Shown: positions 1-10,227, counted from the first letter of the stretch. The stretch: 49,468 nucleotides of DNA from an archaeon (GCA_003661605.2 QMWL02000001.1:1-49468); one strand, 5' to 3'. Translations and numbers: made by a program. The notes: generated by a model not told the origin, from the letters alone.

Positions 1-1811
1 CCTACACAGGCGCCTTCGGTGCTAACGTTCGCTTCATCCTATACAGACTCCGACGCATCGCAGGGCCGCTTCAAGTAATCGGCGTCTCTGCAACCGTCCG
101 AAATCCCAGCGAGTTCGCCCAACAGCTCATTGACGCACCCGTCTACGTTGTCGAAGAACGAGGAGGTCGACGCAGCGCTCTACACGTAGTGGTCCTATAC
201 CCAGAGCTGCTCGGTCAAACCCGTTGCGTCCTCGATGTTGCCACACGCCTCGTTCGTGCTGGTCGAAAAACCCTCGTGTTCGCTAACACCCAACAGTATG
301 CTGAACGCCTCACTTACCTCGCACGAGAAGAGGGGCTTGCTAACGCAGACGTGCACCGGGGAGGTCTTCCGCCAGAACTCCGCCATCCTGTTGAGCGCGC
401 GTTTGCCGCCACCCCGCCCGCTATCAACCCGCTTTTTTGCACCACTACCCTAGAGCTGGGTATCGATATCGGTGATCTCGACGCCGTTGTTACTCTCATG
501 ACCAGCTACACACGCTTCCTGCATCGCGCAGGAAGAGCAGGACGCCGACCCAATCGAGAAGCAATCTGTGTTCTCGTTCTTAACCCAGAAGACCAGTTGG
601 GCTACTACTACAGACTTAACCCTCATGATTTCTTCTCTGATGTAGACCCTGCGTTCATAGCACCCAAGAACCGCTTTATCGCTGAACGGCAGCTAATCGC
701 TGCTGCCTCCGACAAACCACTGCGACCTTATGAAGTACCCGATGCCTTCAAACCAGTAGTTGAAGACTTGCTATCGCGTAACCTCCTGCGCCGCACCCCC
801 TCCGCCTTCCTGCCCACGCGTGAGGGTAGACGACTTCTTAGGAGGTACAACATCCGCGGGTCAGGCTCTCGTGTAACCATCTACTGTGGCGATCAAGTGC
901 TGGGCGAACGCGAGCTACCCATTGCCATAAACGAGCTATTTCCAGGAGCGATATACCTGATACGCGGTCGCTTCTACCGTGTAGAGCAACTAAACCTATC
1001 GCGAGACGGCGAAACTGGCATCGCTATCCTCAAACCGGATCCGCAGGCTAAAGGACATGAGACACGCGCTCTAGCTACAGAAACGATCGAGTACTTCCGT
1101 CCACTAACTGAGCCAAGGTACGCGTGGAAAACCCTCGTAGCCTACGGGGAGATGCGAATCAGAATATCGGTACACGGATTTGTTGAAAGAGACCTCAGAA
1201 CTGGCACCGTTCGTCGAGCCGCTCGGTTTGAATCCCCCACTTCTTACTGCTTTGATACACTTGGTCTGGTCTTTCGTGCACCCCCGCCCGTTGCAGCTTA
1301 CAACGATCGAGCAATAGAACGGCTTTCACGAGAACATCGCATGCCAGAACACGCCATACCTCGTAGCATTTTAGAGGCAGTCTCTCTTCGCGACCTACTT
1401 GGGTTGGGCGGTGCGTTTCACGCTGTTGAACACAGCCTCATAGAAACAAACAAGCCTCTTACAGGAGGCGGAGAAGTAGGTGGGCTAAGCCTCGGCACAA
1501 CAGGCGTTATCGTCATTCACGATGCAGTACGCGGCGGCTCCGGCGCTGCTGAACTTCTCTTCCGACACTTCGAAGAAGCCGTTCGCCGCAGCCTCTTTGT
1601 ACTCTCCCACTGCATATGCAAACGACTCGCAGGATGCCCCCGCTGTACACACTCCTTCAAGTGCGGGAGTCGAAACTACCCACTCTTCCGACTCGGTGCT
1701 TTAGAGTCGCTCCTGCAGGTCCGCAACCATGTGCCTTCTGAATTCGACTTCTCAGAGTTCTTAGGCATGGAGGGACTAGTCGACCTACCTACGCGCTCCT
1801 ATGCGGCGTAG
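1..1811 (+). CDS. Superfamily 2 DEAD/DEAH-box helicase with a C-terminal DUF1998/MrfA-type Zn domain. The 5' end is cut by the window edge.
   Basis: Frame +3 is open from nt 3, upstream of the listed M at 189. It reads ...VIGVSATVRNPSEF (SAT motif III). Later motifs are TTTLELGIDIGDLD (motif V), FLHRAGRAGRR (motif VI), and a C-terminal AFHAVEHSLIE...CPRCTHSFKCGSRNYPL Cys cluster typical of DUF1998. Confidence 0.8.
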   Translation, partial: YTGAFGANVRFILYRLRRIAGPLQVIGVSATVRNPSEFAQQLIDAPVYVVEERGGRRSALHVVVLYPELLGQTRCVLDVATRLVRAGRKTLVFANTQQYAERLTYLAREEGLANADVHRGGLPPELRHPVERAFAATPPAINPLFCTTTLELGIDIGDLDAVVTLMTSYTRFLHRAGRAGRRPNREAICVLVLNPEDQLGYYYRLNPHDFFSDVDPAFIAPKNRFIAERQLIAAASDKPLRPYEVPDAFKPVVEDLLSRNLLRRTPSAFLPTREGRRLLRRYNIRGSGSRVTIYCGDQVLGERELPIAINELFPGAIYLIRGRFYRVEQLNLSRDGETGIAILKPDPQAKGHETRALATETIEYFRPLTEPRYAWKTLVAYGEMRIRISVHGFVERDLRTGTVRRAARFESPTSYCFDTLGLVFRAPPPVAAYNDRAIERLSREHRMPEHAIPRSILEAVSLRDLLGLGGAFHAVEHSLIETNKPLTGGGEVGGLSLGTTGVIVIHDAVRGGSGAAELLFRHFEEAVRRSLFVLSHCICKRLAGCPRCTHSFKCGSRNYPLFRLGALESLLQVRNHVPSEFDFSEFLGMEGLVDLPTRSYAA

Positions 1812-2708
1812 TAATCGGCAAAACGCACACAGGTCGCCCGTGGTCGGATAGCCGCACTCCTTGCAAGCACGCACCTCCTCTTCACCAAATCTGCTTTCCA
1901 GTATTGGAAGACAGCGCGCGATAAAGCCGCGCACCATCATCATAGTAATCCCAGGGCTTCGCTTCTCTACGATCTCTAGAAAGCGCCCCACAACCTTTGT
2001 TGGCTCTTCTGCCCCGTAAGGACAGCGTATGTCCGCATACCTGATGCCCAAAAACCGTGCGTACGCCGCAATGTCGTGCTCGGGCGTTTCTAGAAGCGGA
2101 CGGATTCGAGCCACTAGGCCAGCGCGAGCAAGTAACATAGGCTTCAACCGAGCAAGATATGCGTAGTTCGCATGAACGACATTATTTACGATAAACACAG
2201 CGAAGTCGTTCAAGTGGTGTCCCGTAGCCAGCTTTGTAACTCCCATTTCCAACGCCATCTTGTTCAAGACGTACCGGCGAACTAGTCCGCACACCGCGCA
2301 TTGAGGACGTCGCACGCGCTTCGCAGCCTCCTCCACCGTAAACCCATACTCTTTCTTCAAAGAAAGCACACGATACACTAACCCTAGCTCGCGAAACGCC
2401 TCCACTACCCGTTGCAAGCACACACGCGAATAGTTCTCTGCCGAAATCCCCAGGTCAATGTGAAGACCGCACACTTCAAACCCCACCCGCTCACCCAATC
2501 GACTCAGTACATACAGCGCCACCATGCTATCCTTACCACCTGAAACCGCCACCCCTATCCGATCCCCCTCCCTAACCATACCATAGCGCCGAAGCGTTCG
2601 TTCAACCCGCCGCTCAAAGAACTCCAGAAAGTGCTCTCTGCACAACCACAAGTTCGCATAACGCAACCGAACCGCTGCCTCTTTACCACACACTCGGCAA
2701 GTAGCCAC
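1785..2708 (-). CDS. TtuA/NcsA-like tRNA 2-thiolation PP-loop ATPase
   Basis: PP-loop motif VSGGKDS. N-terminal CRVCG...LCREH and C-terminal CKECG...CAFC zinc-finger pairs. Central Cys residues fit an Fe-S site. The 3' end overlaps the helicase 3' end by 27 nt (convergent). Confidence 0.75.
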   Translation of the reverse strand: MATCRVCGKEAAVRLRYANLWLCREHFLEFFERRVERTLRRYGMVREGDRIGVAVSGGKDSMVALYVLSRLGERVGFEVCGLHIDLGISAENYSRVCLQRVVEAFRELGLVYRVLSLKKEYGFTVEEAAKRVRRPQCAVCGLVRRYVLNKMALEMGVTKLATGHHLNDFAVFIVNNVVHANYAYLARLKPMLLARAGLVARIRPLLETPEHDIAAYARFLGIRYADIRCPYGAEEPTKVVGRFLEIVEKRSPGITMMMVRGFIARCLPILESRFGEEEVRACKECGYPTTGDLCAFCRLLRRIGARR

Positions 2709-2744
2709 TACGTACGTGATTATGCACCTTAAGGAAGCTTCTCC

Positions 2745-3890
2745 TTGGCCGCGTGTGAAGCTAGAAACGTTATGACGCTCTCAAAACCTATTGTTAAATC
2801 GGTGGTATCTATCAGTCGGTGTTTGAAGATACTTGAATCGGATCTGAAGCACGGCGCGCTTAAACTGGTGGTAGAGTTCCCTGAGGACGTGCGTGATCTG
2901 TGGTTGCTCATTCGACCCGGTGATCTGGTTTTTGCTCGTACACGGCGGAGCGTAAAGATTGGCGGCGCGCGAGCAGAACGACGTCCGATGGTACTCGGTA
3001 TTCGCATAGAGAAGGTTGATCTGGAGTTAGATGCTTGCTGTTTACGCCTACTGGGGCGTGTAGAGCATCATCCAGAGGGGTTTGAAGTGAAGGGCTACCA
3101 TGCGTTTTCCGTGCGACCAGGTAGCGTTGTAACGATCGTTAAAGATCGGTGGACCGACACAGACCTTCAGCGTCTTAAACGCGCTATTGAACGGCGGGAA
3201 GTTCCACCCATTTACATTCTCGCAATCGACGACAGCGACTACGCCTTAGCCATAGTTCAAGAAAACCGAACTTCCATCGTTGATGCTGGTTCGCTTCCTC
3301 CCGCTACGGAATACGTAGATTTGGTGAAGCGCGCCGGTTTTCTAATAGATCGGATCAGTGAACTGGTTAAGCAGCGCGCCGGCCCCGTTGTCGTCGGGGG
3401 ACCTGCAATTCTCGTGGATGCAGTTTTCAAAGCGGTGCGTGAAAACCTTCCCTCTTCCGTTCCCGTCATAAAAACAGGTCTCAGCTCAGGTGGTGAGGCT
3501 GGCGTATACGAAGCTCTTCGACGTCAAGAGGTTCGACAAGCTCTCGCAGAGCATAGGGCTCTCATGGAGCAACAGCTTGTGGAGGAGTTTCTTGCTGCTC
3601 TACGTCGCGGTGAGCCCATCGCTTATGGAATCGATCTCGTTGAGCAAGCTGCTCTATCAGGAGCAGTAAAACACCTTCTCGTCTCCAACACACTCTTCAC
3701 GAAGCCAGAAATTCTCCCCCGGCTTCTATCGATCCTAGATGCTGTCGAACAGCATCGTGGCGCGGTTACTTTCATCACAATGCATCGTGAAGCGATTCAG
3801 ACCTTAGATGGCTTCGGAGGCCTGTTAGCGTACCTCCGCTACCCCTTACCCTCTACGTATGCGGGCACAGGTTCTGGTAACTCAATTTGA
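2745..3890 (+). CDS. pelA: Pelota (Dom34) mRNA surveillance / ribosome rescue factor
   Basis: The N-terminal LKILESDLKHGALKLVVEFPEDVRDLWLLIRPGDLV pattern, an eRF1-like central domain and the overall length fit Pelota. The true start may be the in-frame TTG at 2823, which would give MKILE.... Confidence 0.85.
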   Translation: MAACEARNVMTLSKPIVKSVVSISRCLKILESDLKHGALKLVVEFPEDVRDLWLLIRPGDLVFARTRRSVKIGGARAERRPMVLGIRIEKVDLELDACCLRLLGRVEHHPEGFEVKGYHAFSVRPGSVVTIVKDRWTDTDLQRLKRAIERREVPPIYILAIDDSDYALAIVQENRTSIVDAGSLPPATEYVDLVKRAGFLIDRISELVKQRAGPVVVGGPAILVDAVFKAVRENLPSSVPVIKTGLSSGGEAGVYEALRRQEVRQALAEHRALMEQQLVEEFLAALRRGEPIAYGIDLVEQAALSGAVKHLLVSNTLFTKPEILPRLLSILDAVEQHRGAVTFITMHREAIQTLDGFGGLLAYLRYPLPSTYAGTGSGNSI

Positions 3891-4486
3891 TACTCACGAA
3901 CGCCCAGTAGGTCAGCGAGTCCTGGCGTCAGTAGAGGATGGTGGTTAACACAAGGGTATGCGAAGGGTAGTAGCACTTCATGCTCGCAGGTTCCTCGTTT
4001 ACCTCTGAACCGCACCCACGGATACACTTTGATCTTGCTAAGAGACCTCCCCTCACATACTTGCATTGCGATAAAGACCGCGCCATCTATTGAGAACTGA
4101 TAAGGACCTAAGTGAGCTGTAGAAGCCTCAGGTATGCGCTTTGTGATTAGTTGGTACGTTCGCCTGCGTGGGGGATTATCGCCTAGAATCCCTCCTACTA
4201 TAAGAACGCGGTTTCGACATAGTTCGGGAGTTAGCGGTCTCTTAGCCTGCGGGTCCAGAATCACTATGTCTGCTATATCCTTCCACTCTGTGACACTAGT
4301 AGCTGTTACAGTACCGAGCCTACTTAGTATGCGCCGATCCTCCTCTCGGCGAACATTCGCAAACACGATTCGCTTCGCTAGTTTCGCAGCATGTTGATAT
4401 TCCAGTAGTAGCCACGAGCCCAGCTCGGCTTCGCAGTGCTCGATCACTATCTGCAACAGCGTACCCTCTACACGTTTAACTACCAT
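3839..4486 (-). CDS. Predicted SPOUT-class SAM-dependent RNA methyltransferase (YMR310C/YGR283C, PF04252-like)
   Basis: IVIEHCEAELGSWLLLEYQHA and VGGILGDNPPRRRT match my recollection of the IIEHME..SEW..LEY and GGILGD.PPRDRT signatures of this family. The 3' end overlaps pelota by 52 nt (convergent). Confidence 0.55.
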   Translation of the reverse strand: MVVKRVEGTLLQIVIEHCEAELGSWLLLEYQHAAKLAKRIVFANVRREEDRRILSRLGTVTATSVTEWKDIADIVILDPQAKRPLTPELCRNRVLIVGGILGDNPPRRRTYQLITKRIPEASTAHLGPYQFSIDGAVFIAMQVCEGRSLSKIKVYPWVRFRGKRGTCEHEVLLPFAYPCVNHHPLLTPGLADLLGVREYQIELPEPVPAYVEGKG

Positions 4487-4512
4487 AAGCCTATGCTCAG
4501 CGCGTTAGCAGC

Positions 4513-5499
4513 ATGGAACCACTACATCTCATCGCCAAGACTGTAGTTCGAGTTCAGCCTCCTTATCGATTCGATCTAACCGCTGCAGCGTACAGCTTCC
4601 CGTGGCAATTTGATGGACACCGCCTACTACTCGCTTCGTGGGAGGAGGGACTAGCTACCGTTGCTGAAGTCGGACCACAGCAGGAAGAGTGGCTTCCTAT
4701 CTCTATCTATGCCAACGTGCAGCTTAGCGGTCGCGAGCTTCGCCGCATGGTGCAAGACCTTGTTTTTGGAATAGGCGCGAAGGAGGATCTCACTTCCTTC
4801 TATCGCAAGATTCGAAACGACCCACTCCTTAGGGATGTAGTAAATAGGTTTCACGGTATGCACATGCGCGCACGCCCAGACCTCTGGGAGGCTCTCATTA
4901 TCGCAATTCTCAACCAGAATACAAGCTTCGTGAGAGGCTGGTCCATGATCGCTAACCTGTACGCAAGCCTCGGGCATAGACTACTCCTCCCTGATGGTCG
5001 CAAAACGATCGCTCTTCCACGACCTGGTGAAGTTCTCGAAGCAGGACCCTCTGCTTTGAAGAAGTGTGGTGTTGGTTACCGCGCGCAGACACTCATCGCC
5101 GTAGCTGAGGCCTTAGAACAGGACCAGATTCAAACCGGCCACCTTCGCCGCGCTTCTGACCATAAGGCTCTCGAGGAGCTGCTTAGCATTCGTGGAATAG
5201 GCGCTTACAGCGCTTCTCTAGCTCTGCTTATCGCGCACCGTCGCTATCGCATGCTTCCGATCGACCGCTGGCTTACGCGAATAATCCCCCACTTCTACCA
5301 CATACCCAAACCCGTCCTCACGCGTAAGGAACTCGATGAGTTCGCTACGCGTCGATGGGGAAATTGGCGAGGCCTATCTGTGTTCTTCATGACGATCGTA
5401 ACGGAGGCCCGTACTGCAAGGGAGCTTCTGGGACAAAGGAAGCCTCTATCTAGATTAACGCCCTTGACGCTCTGGCAGCGCTTGCCCGCTACCAGTTAA
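4513..5499 (+). CDS. HhH-GPD superfamily DNA glycosylase (AlkA/Ogg-like)
   Basis: LWEALIIAILNQNTS, a helix-hairpin-helix LLSIRGIGAYSASLALL, and a downstream catalytic-type Asp in LPIDRW. An AlkA-like N-terminal domain is present. Confidence 0.75.
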   Translation: MEPLHLIAKTVVRVQPPYRFDLTAAAYSFPWQFDGHRLLLASWEEGLATVAEVGPQQEEWLPISIYANVQLSGRELRRMVQDLVFGIGAKEDLTSFYRKIRNDPLLRDVVNRFHGMHMRARPDLWEALIIAILNQNTSFVRGWSMIANLYASLGHRLLLPDGRKTIALPRPGEVLEAGPSALKKCGVGYRAQTLIAVAEALEQDQIQTGHLRRASDHKALEELLSIRGIGAYSASLALLIAHRRYRMLPIDRWLTRIIPHFYHIPKPVLTRKELDEFATRRWGNWRGLSVFFMTIVTEARTARELLGQRKPLSRLTPLTLWQRLPATS

Positions 5500-5995
5500 T
5501 TCCGATACGATTGTAGGTTTCACGCGGATACTTTACCTCCACAATCATGTTTACCACGTCCGCCCTGTCAATAAGTTCAGGTGGAGCATACCTCCCTGTT
5601 ATCACTACATCAGTTCCCTCCGGTACTTCGTCGAGAAGCTTGAGAACCTCCTCGGTGCTAACAAGCCCCACGTAGCAAGCAAGAGCTAGCTCATCCAGCA
5701 CCAGTAGATGTGGTCGTCGCTTCAGGCATTCTCGCGCAAAGAGCAAGCCTTTACGTGCCAGATCCCGATCCTCTTCGCTTGGATTCTCTAAGTCAACGAA
5801 CTCTGGACGACCAAACTGGTAAATTTCGTACTCTGGAGCAAGACGCTCCCGTATTTTGTACTCACCAATGTCCTTCCGTCCCTTCATGAACTGAATGACA
5901 ATAACTTTCAATCCATGTCCCACGCATCGTAAAGCAAGCCCTAACGCGTTTGTGGTCTTACCCGCCCCCCTGCCTATATACAGGAAAACGACCAC
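5489..5995 (-). CDS. cobA: Cob(I)yrinic acid a,c-diamide / cob(I)alamin adenosyltransferase (CobA/CobO/BtuR type)
   Basis: P-loop GRGAGKTTNALGLALRCVGHGLKVIVIQFMKG and DELALA are typical of the CobA family. Size is 168 aa. Confidence 0.8.
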   Translation of the reverse strand: MVVFLYIGRGAGKTTNALGLALRCVGHGLKVIVIQFMKGRKDIGEYKIRERLAPEYEIYQFGRPEFVDLENPSEEDRDLARKGLLFARECLKRRPHLLVLDELALACYVGLVSTEEVLKLLDEVPEGTDVVITGRYAPPELIDRADVVNMIVEVKYPRETYNRIGINW

Positions 5996-6044
5996 ATGAA
6001 AGGTATAGTGCTACAATAAAACTGCTTTCTATTCCTCGATTAGG

Positions 6045-8405
6045 TCACGCGCACACAGGACACGCACGTTCAGCACCTACATCTAGTTCCAAGTATCCTG
6101 ATTCAGGAGCGGGCGCTCCTCCCACGTAGAGTACTTGCTCGCCCTTACTCCCATACCTGTAGACGGTAATGCCCTTGCATTTCAGCTTGTACGCTAGGAG
6201 AAACGCTCTCTTGACATCCTCAGGAGCTGCTTCGTAGGGTAGGTTTATCGTTTTCGAAACCGCGTTGTCTGTGAACTCCTGAAACGCTGCTTGCATACGC
6301 ACATGCCACTCGACATCGATTTCAAGCGCTGTCTTAAACACCTGTCGTGCCCACTCAGGAACCTCAGCTCCTCTAAGCGTTCCCGTTTTCGCTATTTGAC
6401 GCATCAGCTCTTCACTATAGAAGCCCTCCTCCTTCGCAATCTCTTCAAAAACAGCATTAGTTTCAAACAAGCGTGCACCACCGAGAACCCGTCTAACAAA
6501 CGAGAGTGCAAAAACAGGTTCTATACCGCTTGAAGTGCCTGCAATTATACTAATGGTGCCTGTGGGCGCTATTGTTGTCGTTGTTGCATTCCTAATTCCA
6601 TACCTCCTAACCTCTTCACGTATTCGATTCCAGTCCAAAGAATACTGTTTCTCCTCGTCATCCGCTTCAAAAGGCATACGCCCCTTCTCATAAACCGACC
6701 CCTTGAACGCTGGGAAGGGACCTCGCCTCTTTGCTAACTCAATTGATGCAAGTTTACTGTGGTAGTTTATGAACTCCATAATACGCCGTGCCAAGCGAAG
6801 CGCTTCCTCACTATCATAGGGTATGCGTAGCTTGAAGAGTAGCTCCGCCCACCCCATCACTCCTAACCCTATCTTTCTAGTGCGTAACGTAGCTTCCTCG
6901 ATCGCTGGTACTGGGTAGTTGTTAGCATCGATTACATTATCTAGAAAGTGCGTAGCGATGTGGACAACTTCCCTCAGCTTTCGCCAATCTACCTCATACC
7001 GTCCATCTGGGGTCTTCTTTACCATCAGGGAGAGGTTTATCGACCCCAGGTTGCATGATTCGTGAGGAAGTAGCGGTTGTTCTCCACAAGGGTTAGTTGC
7101 CTCTATCTTACCCAGATGCGGCGTTGGATTGTGCTTATTGATGTGATCGATGAATAGAAGTCCTGGATCCCCAGTCCTCCAAGCGTTGAACACAATAATA
7201 TCGAAAAGGCTCCGTGCCTTGACTCTCCGAACGGTCTCCTTTGTCCTCGGGTTTACAAGAGCGTAATCATCGTCATTTTCAACAGCCTTCATGAAAGCAT
7301 CGTCTACAGCAACCGAGATGTTGAAGTTCTGGAAAGATACCAAGTCTGCTTTCGCCTGAATAAACTCCTCAATATCTGGATGGCTGATGTGAAGTACCCC
7401 CATGTTAGCACCCCGCCGCTTCCCTCCTTGCTTAATCACCTCCGTTACTACATCGAAAATACGCATGAACGAAACAGGTCCCGATGCGACCCCTTTTGTA
7501 GTTCCCACGATGTCTCCTCTGGGTCGTAAGCGAGAGAAAGAAAAACCAGTCCCTCCTCCACTTTTTTGAACAAGGGCCATTTCCTTTATTGCCTCAAAGA
7601 TGCTATCTATAGAATCGTCAACTGGAATAACAAAACACGCGCTAAGTTGTCCTAGTGGGGCACCTGCATTCATCAGCGTAGGCGAGTTCGGGAGGAAGTA
7701 CCTGTTGAGCATGACCTGCGTAAACGTATCTATCGTTTCCTCATATAGACGATCCCATTCCTCATCTAGTATCTGAAGAAGCTGATTAAAGTCGACTTTC
7801 ATGTACCCCTGTTGACCTAATCTATTGTAAGCTCGCTTAAGCATTTTCAGATCATATTCATTTATTTTTGCACGCTTTAACTTATAAGTAACCTCTCCTG
7901 CTCGTCGAGATGGTTGTTTACCCTCTTTATCGTAAACTCGCTCGTGGTATATCACATCAACTAATCCAATGTGTCGTGCTACTCGTTCAACCATCTGTTT
8001 GGGGGTCTCGATAATTTTACCCCTCTCATCTCTCAGTAAGTACCGGCTTCTGAGTACAGTAATGGCATTTACAGTAAGCTTCATGTCATCGACAACTCCT
8101 AAGAATCGCTTTATCTCGCGAATTTCGCTTCTTTTCTGTCTGTATAATATGTACGCTTTAGCAACTTCATAGAGCCCGTTTTTCACAAGAACTTGCTCAA
8201 CGGTGTCCTGTATCTCCTCAACATGTGGTCTTTTCTCTACGAAACGCTGCTCTAGACTCTCAACTACCTGATCTGCTAGCCTCTCTGCTAGCTGCTGATC
8301 GTCTCTCCCTGTGGCGCAAAGTGCTTTGTAGATAGCACGTACAATGCGCGCTCGATCGAAGGGAACGATTCGCCCATCTCGTTTTACAACCTCTTGTATC
8401 ACCAT
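6045..8405 (-). CDS. nrdJ: Class II adenosylcobalamin-dependent ribonucleotide reductase
   Basis: N-terminal ATP-cone-like VVKRDGRIVPFDRARI. Active-site ATNPCGEQPLLPHESCNLGSINL. TIAPTGTISIIAGTSSGIEP. C-terminal CPVCA. 786 aa with no intein-sized insert. Confidence 0.92.
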   Translation of the reverse strand: MVIQEVVKRDGRIVPFDRARIVRAIYKALCATGRDDQQLAERLADQVVESLEQRFVEKRPHVEEIQDTVEQVLVKNGLYEVAKAYILYRQKRSEIREIKRFLGVVDDMKLTVNAITVLRSRYLLRDERGKIIETPKQMVERVARHIGLVDVIYHERVYDKEGKQPSRRAGEVTYKLKRAKINEYDLKMLKRAYNRLGQQGYMKVDFNQLLQILDEEWDRLYEETIDTFTQVMLNRYFLPNSPTLMNAGAPLGQLSACFVIPVDDSIDSIFEAIKEMALVQKSGGGTGFSFSRLRPRGDIVGTTKGVASGPVSFMRIFDVVTEVIKQGGKRRGANMGVLHISHPDIEEFIQAKADLVSFQNFNISVAVDDAFMKAVENDDDYALVNPRTKETVRRVKARSLFDIIVFNAWRTGDPGLLFIDHINKHNPTPHLGKIEATNPCGEQPLLPHESCNLGSINLSLMVKKTPDGRYEVDWRKLREVVHIATHFLDNVIDANNYPVPAIEEATLRTRKIGLGVMGWAELLFKLRIPYDSEEALRLARRIMEFINYHSKLASIELAKRRGPFPAFKGSVYEKGRMPFEADDEEKQYSLDWNRIREEVRRYGIRNATTTTIAPTGTISIIAGTSSGIEPVFALSFVRRVLGGARLFETNAVFEEIAKEEGFYSEELMRQIAKTGTLRGAEVPEWARQVFKTALEIDVEWHVRMQAAFQEFTDNAVSKTINLPYEAAPEDVKRAFLLAYKLKCKGITVYRYGSKGEQVLYVGGAPAPESGYLELDVGAERACPVCA

Positions 8406-8443
8406 GCTTTGTTTGTAGGACTTCCTCCTTTTAACAAGTGCGT

Positions 8444-8698
8444 TTAACTATACATAGAGAGAACTCGCAGAACGCCTGAAGGAGATAGATAGTACCGCTT
8501 TACCATCCTTTCACGCGTTGTACAGACAAGACCTGCCTTTTCGAGGTTTCTCAGTAGTGCTTCCACCTCTTCCACAGCTCCTCCGTAGTGTAGGGCAATT
8601 TCCTCTGCAGTAAGCGCCCTGTCAACTGTTATGCTGTTCAAGTTATTGAGAACGCAAAGGAGGCGAAACTCGGGGTCCTCGGGCTTTCTAAAGCTCAT
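8444..8698 (-). CDS. Small winged-helix DNA-binding protein (MarR/ArsR-like fold)
   Basis: 84 aa. LTAEEIALHYGGAVEEVEALLRNLEKAGLV looks like an HTH recognition helix plus wing. It overlaps the upstream GT4 gene stop by 4 nt, so it is co-transcribed. Confidence 0.5.
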   Translation of the reverse strand: MSFRKPEDPEFRLLCVLNNLNSITVDRALTAEEIALHYGGAVEEVEALLRNLEKAGLVCTTRERMVKRYYLSPSGVLRVLSMYS

Positions 8699-9858
8699 TG
8701 TAATGCCTCTTGGTACACTTTATAGGTCTGGTCAGCAACCGCTTCCCACGTAAACTCCTGAACGCGCTTTAGCCCACCTCGAATCAAACGTGTGCGTAAG
8801 TCCGGATCTGATAATACCCGACATACTCCCCACGCGATGGATTCTGAGTCCTCTGGATATACCCAGAGCCCCGACTGTTCGTGTTCAACGATCTCCGCTA
8901 ACCCTCCTACTTTACTCACTACTACTGGGGTACCTGCTGCCATTCCCTCTAGAGCTACGATACCAAATGGCTCGTACACAGATGGCACGACTAATACCGC
9001 AGCGGCGTGAAGCAGTCCTGCTAGAAGCTCATCAGGAATAAAGCCCGTGAATCTAACACTATGGCTAATCTGAAGTTCTTTGCTCAGATCTTCCAATCTA
9101 GATCGTAGAGGACCATCTCCTACGATTACCAGCCATGCATCTGGATTCTCTCGCAGTATTTTAGGAAATGCGCGTACTAGGTACTCAACCCCCTTCTGAT
9201 GCACCAACCTACCAACAAACAGTACAACCGATGCGGAAAGAGGAACTCCCACGCGTTGAAGCGCTTTTTGTGGATCGCATCCCCGCAGCACACGTGATAC
9301 GTCGATTCCGTTCGGTATTATCCGAACCTTTTGCTCAGGCAGTTGAAAAACGGAGCATACTTCCTTTCGCATCTGATTGCTTGTTGTAATTACGTAGCGG
9401 CTTTCAAAAGCACCCCACCACTCAATTCCGTGAATTGCGTAAGAATCGGGATGATGCAAACCACCTGCACGTCCGAACTCTGTGCTATGAAAAGTAACAA
9501 TAAGAGGTATGTTTAACGCGTGCTTCAGCTCGATTCCTGAAAGAAAGCAAAGCCAGTCATGTGCATGTACGAGATCAAACTGCTCTTTCCTTGAGAGCAT
9601 GAGTGAGTACTTTGCCATGAAGTGGTTAAACAGCAACGTCCACTGTAAGAAGCCAGGGTGTCCTATCTCGACCCGAATCCTATGGATAGTCAGATTCGTA
9701 TTCAGATTCTCTACAGGTGCTGCATCAGGGAATTCGAGCGTCACTACGTGTACTGCATCTAGTCGATGCGCAAGTGCTCGTGCAAGCCCCCAGCAGTGTC
9801 GTGCGATTCCTCCAACGATTCGTGGAGGGAATTCCCATGTTAACATGAGGAGACGCAC
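8695..9858 (-). CDS. GT4-family (group 1) glycosyltransferase
   Basis: N-terminal MRLLMLTWEFPPRIVGGIARH and the C-terminal E-x7-E region VPSVYEPFGIVALEGMAAGTPVV. Confidence 0.8.
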   Translation of the reverse strand: MRLLMLTWEFPPRIVGGIARHCWGLARALAHRLDAVHVVTLEFPDAAPVENLNTNLTIHRIRVEIGHPGFLQWTLLFNHFMAKYSLMLSRKEQFDLVHAHDWLCFLSGIELKHALNIPLIVTFHSTEFGRAGGLHHPDSYAIHGIEWWGAFESRYVITTSNQMRKEVCSVFQLPEQKVRIIPNGIDVSRVLRGCDPQKALQRVGVPLSASVVLFVGRLVHQKGVEYLVRAFPKILRENPDAWLVIVGDGPLRSRLEDLSKELQISHSVRFTGFIPDELLAGLLHAAAVLVVPSVYEPFGIVALEGMAAGTPVVVSKVGGLAEIVEHEQSGLWVYPEDSESIAWGVCRVLSDPDLRTRLIRGGLKRVQEFTWEAVADQTYKVYQEALQ

Positions 9859-9922
9859 GGTGCCTCTCGATACGGTTCAATAAATCGATAGGGAGTTATG
9901 ATACTCTTTCCTGACAGATAAG

Positions 9923-10219
9923 ATGCCGAAGGATCTGTGGAAGGTTTGCGACTTAACTGAAAGCATATCCATAATCCTAGAACATCTCGCCAATAATGAG
10001 AACAACGTCTCACTTACGAAGAGAGCCCTAAACCTACGTCAGTACATATATCAGCTGGTAGATGGAGATACACATGCTGCTTTTGCAGCCCTTCAACACG
10101 TTCACGAGATTACCCGTATAGCGGCTTTCAAGATATTCGTGAGTAACGGTACCAATACTAAGCTCTGGGAACGTCTTCTTCGCGAGTGTGAACAACTGTA
10201 CATGGAGCTACTTTCCTAG
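9923..10219 (+). CDS. Hypothetical small alpha-helical protein (98 aa)
   Basis: ATG-initiated ORF in a region not covered by any better ORF. Predicted all-helical. Local GC is lower than the surroundings. I recognise no motif. Confidence 0.45.
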   Translation: MPKDLWKVCDLTESISIILEHLANNENNVSLTKRALNLRQYIYQLVDGDTHAAFAALQHVHEITRIAAFKIFVSNGTNTKLWERLLRECEQLYMELLS

Positions 10220-10227
10220 GCTTTAAT

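Noticed and set aside
8406-8443. B12 riboswitch or other leader RNA upstream of nrdJ
   Set aside because: The spacer is only 38 nt, far too short for a cobalamin riboswitch. It contains only a TTAAAAGGAGG promoter/SD-like string.
9888-9916. C/D-box-like string TTATGATACTCTTTCCTGACAG upstream of the 98-aa ORF
   Set aside because: The ATGATA and CTGA elements are only about 7 nt apart, with no terminal stem and no room for a 12-nt guide. It is more likely promoter or 5' UTR sequence.
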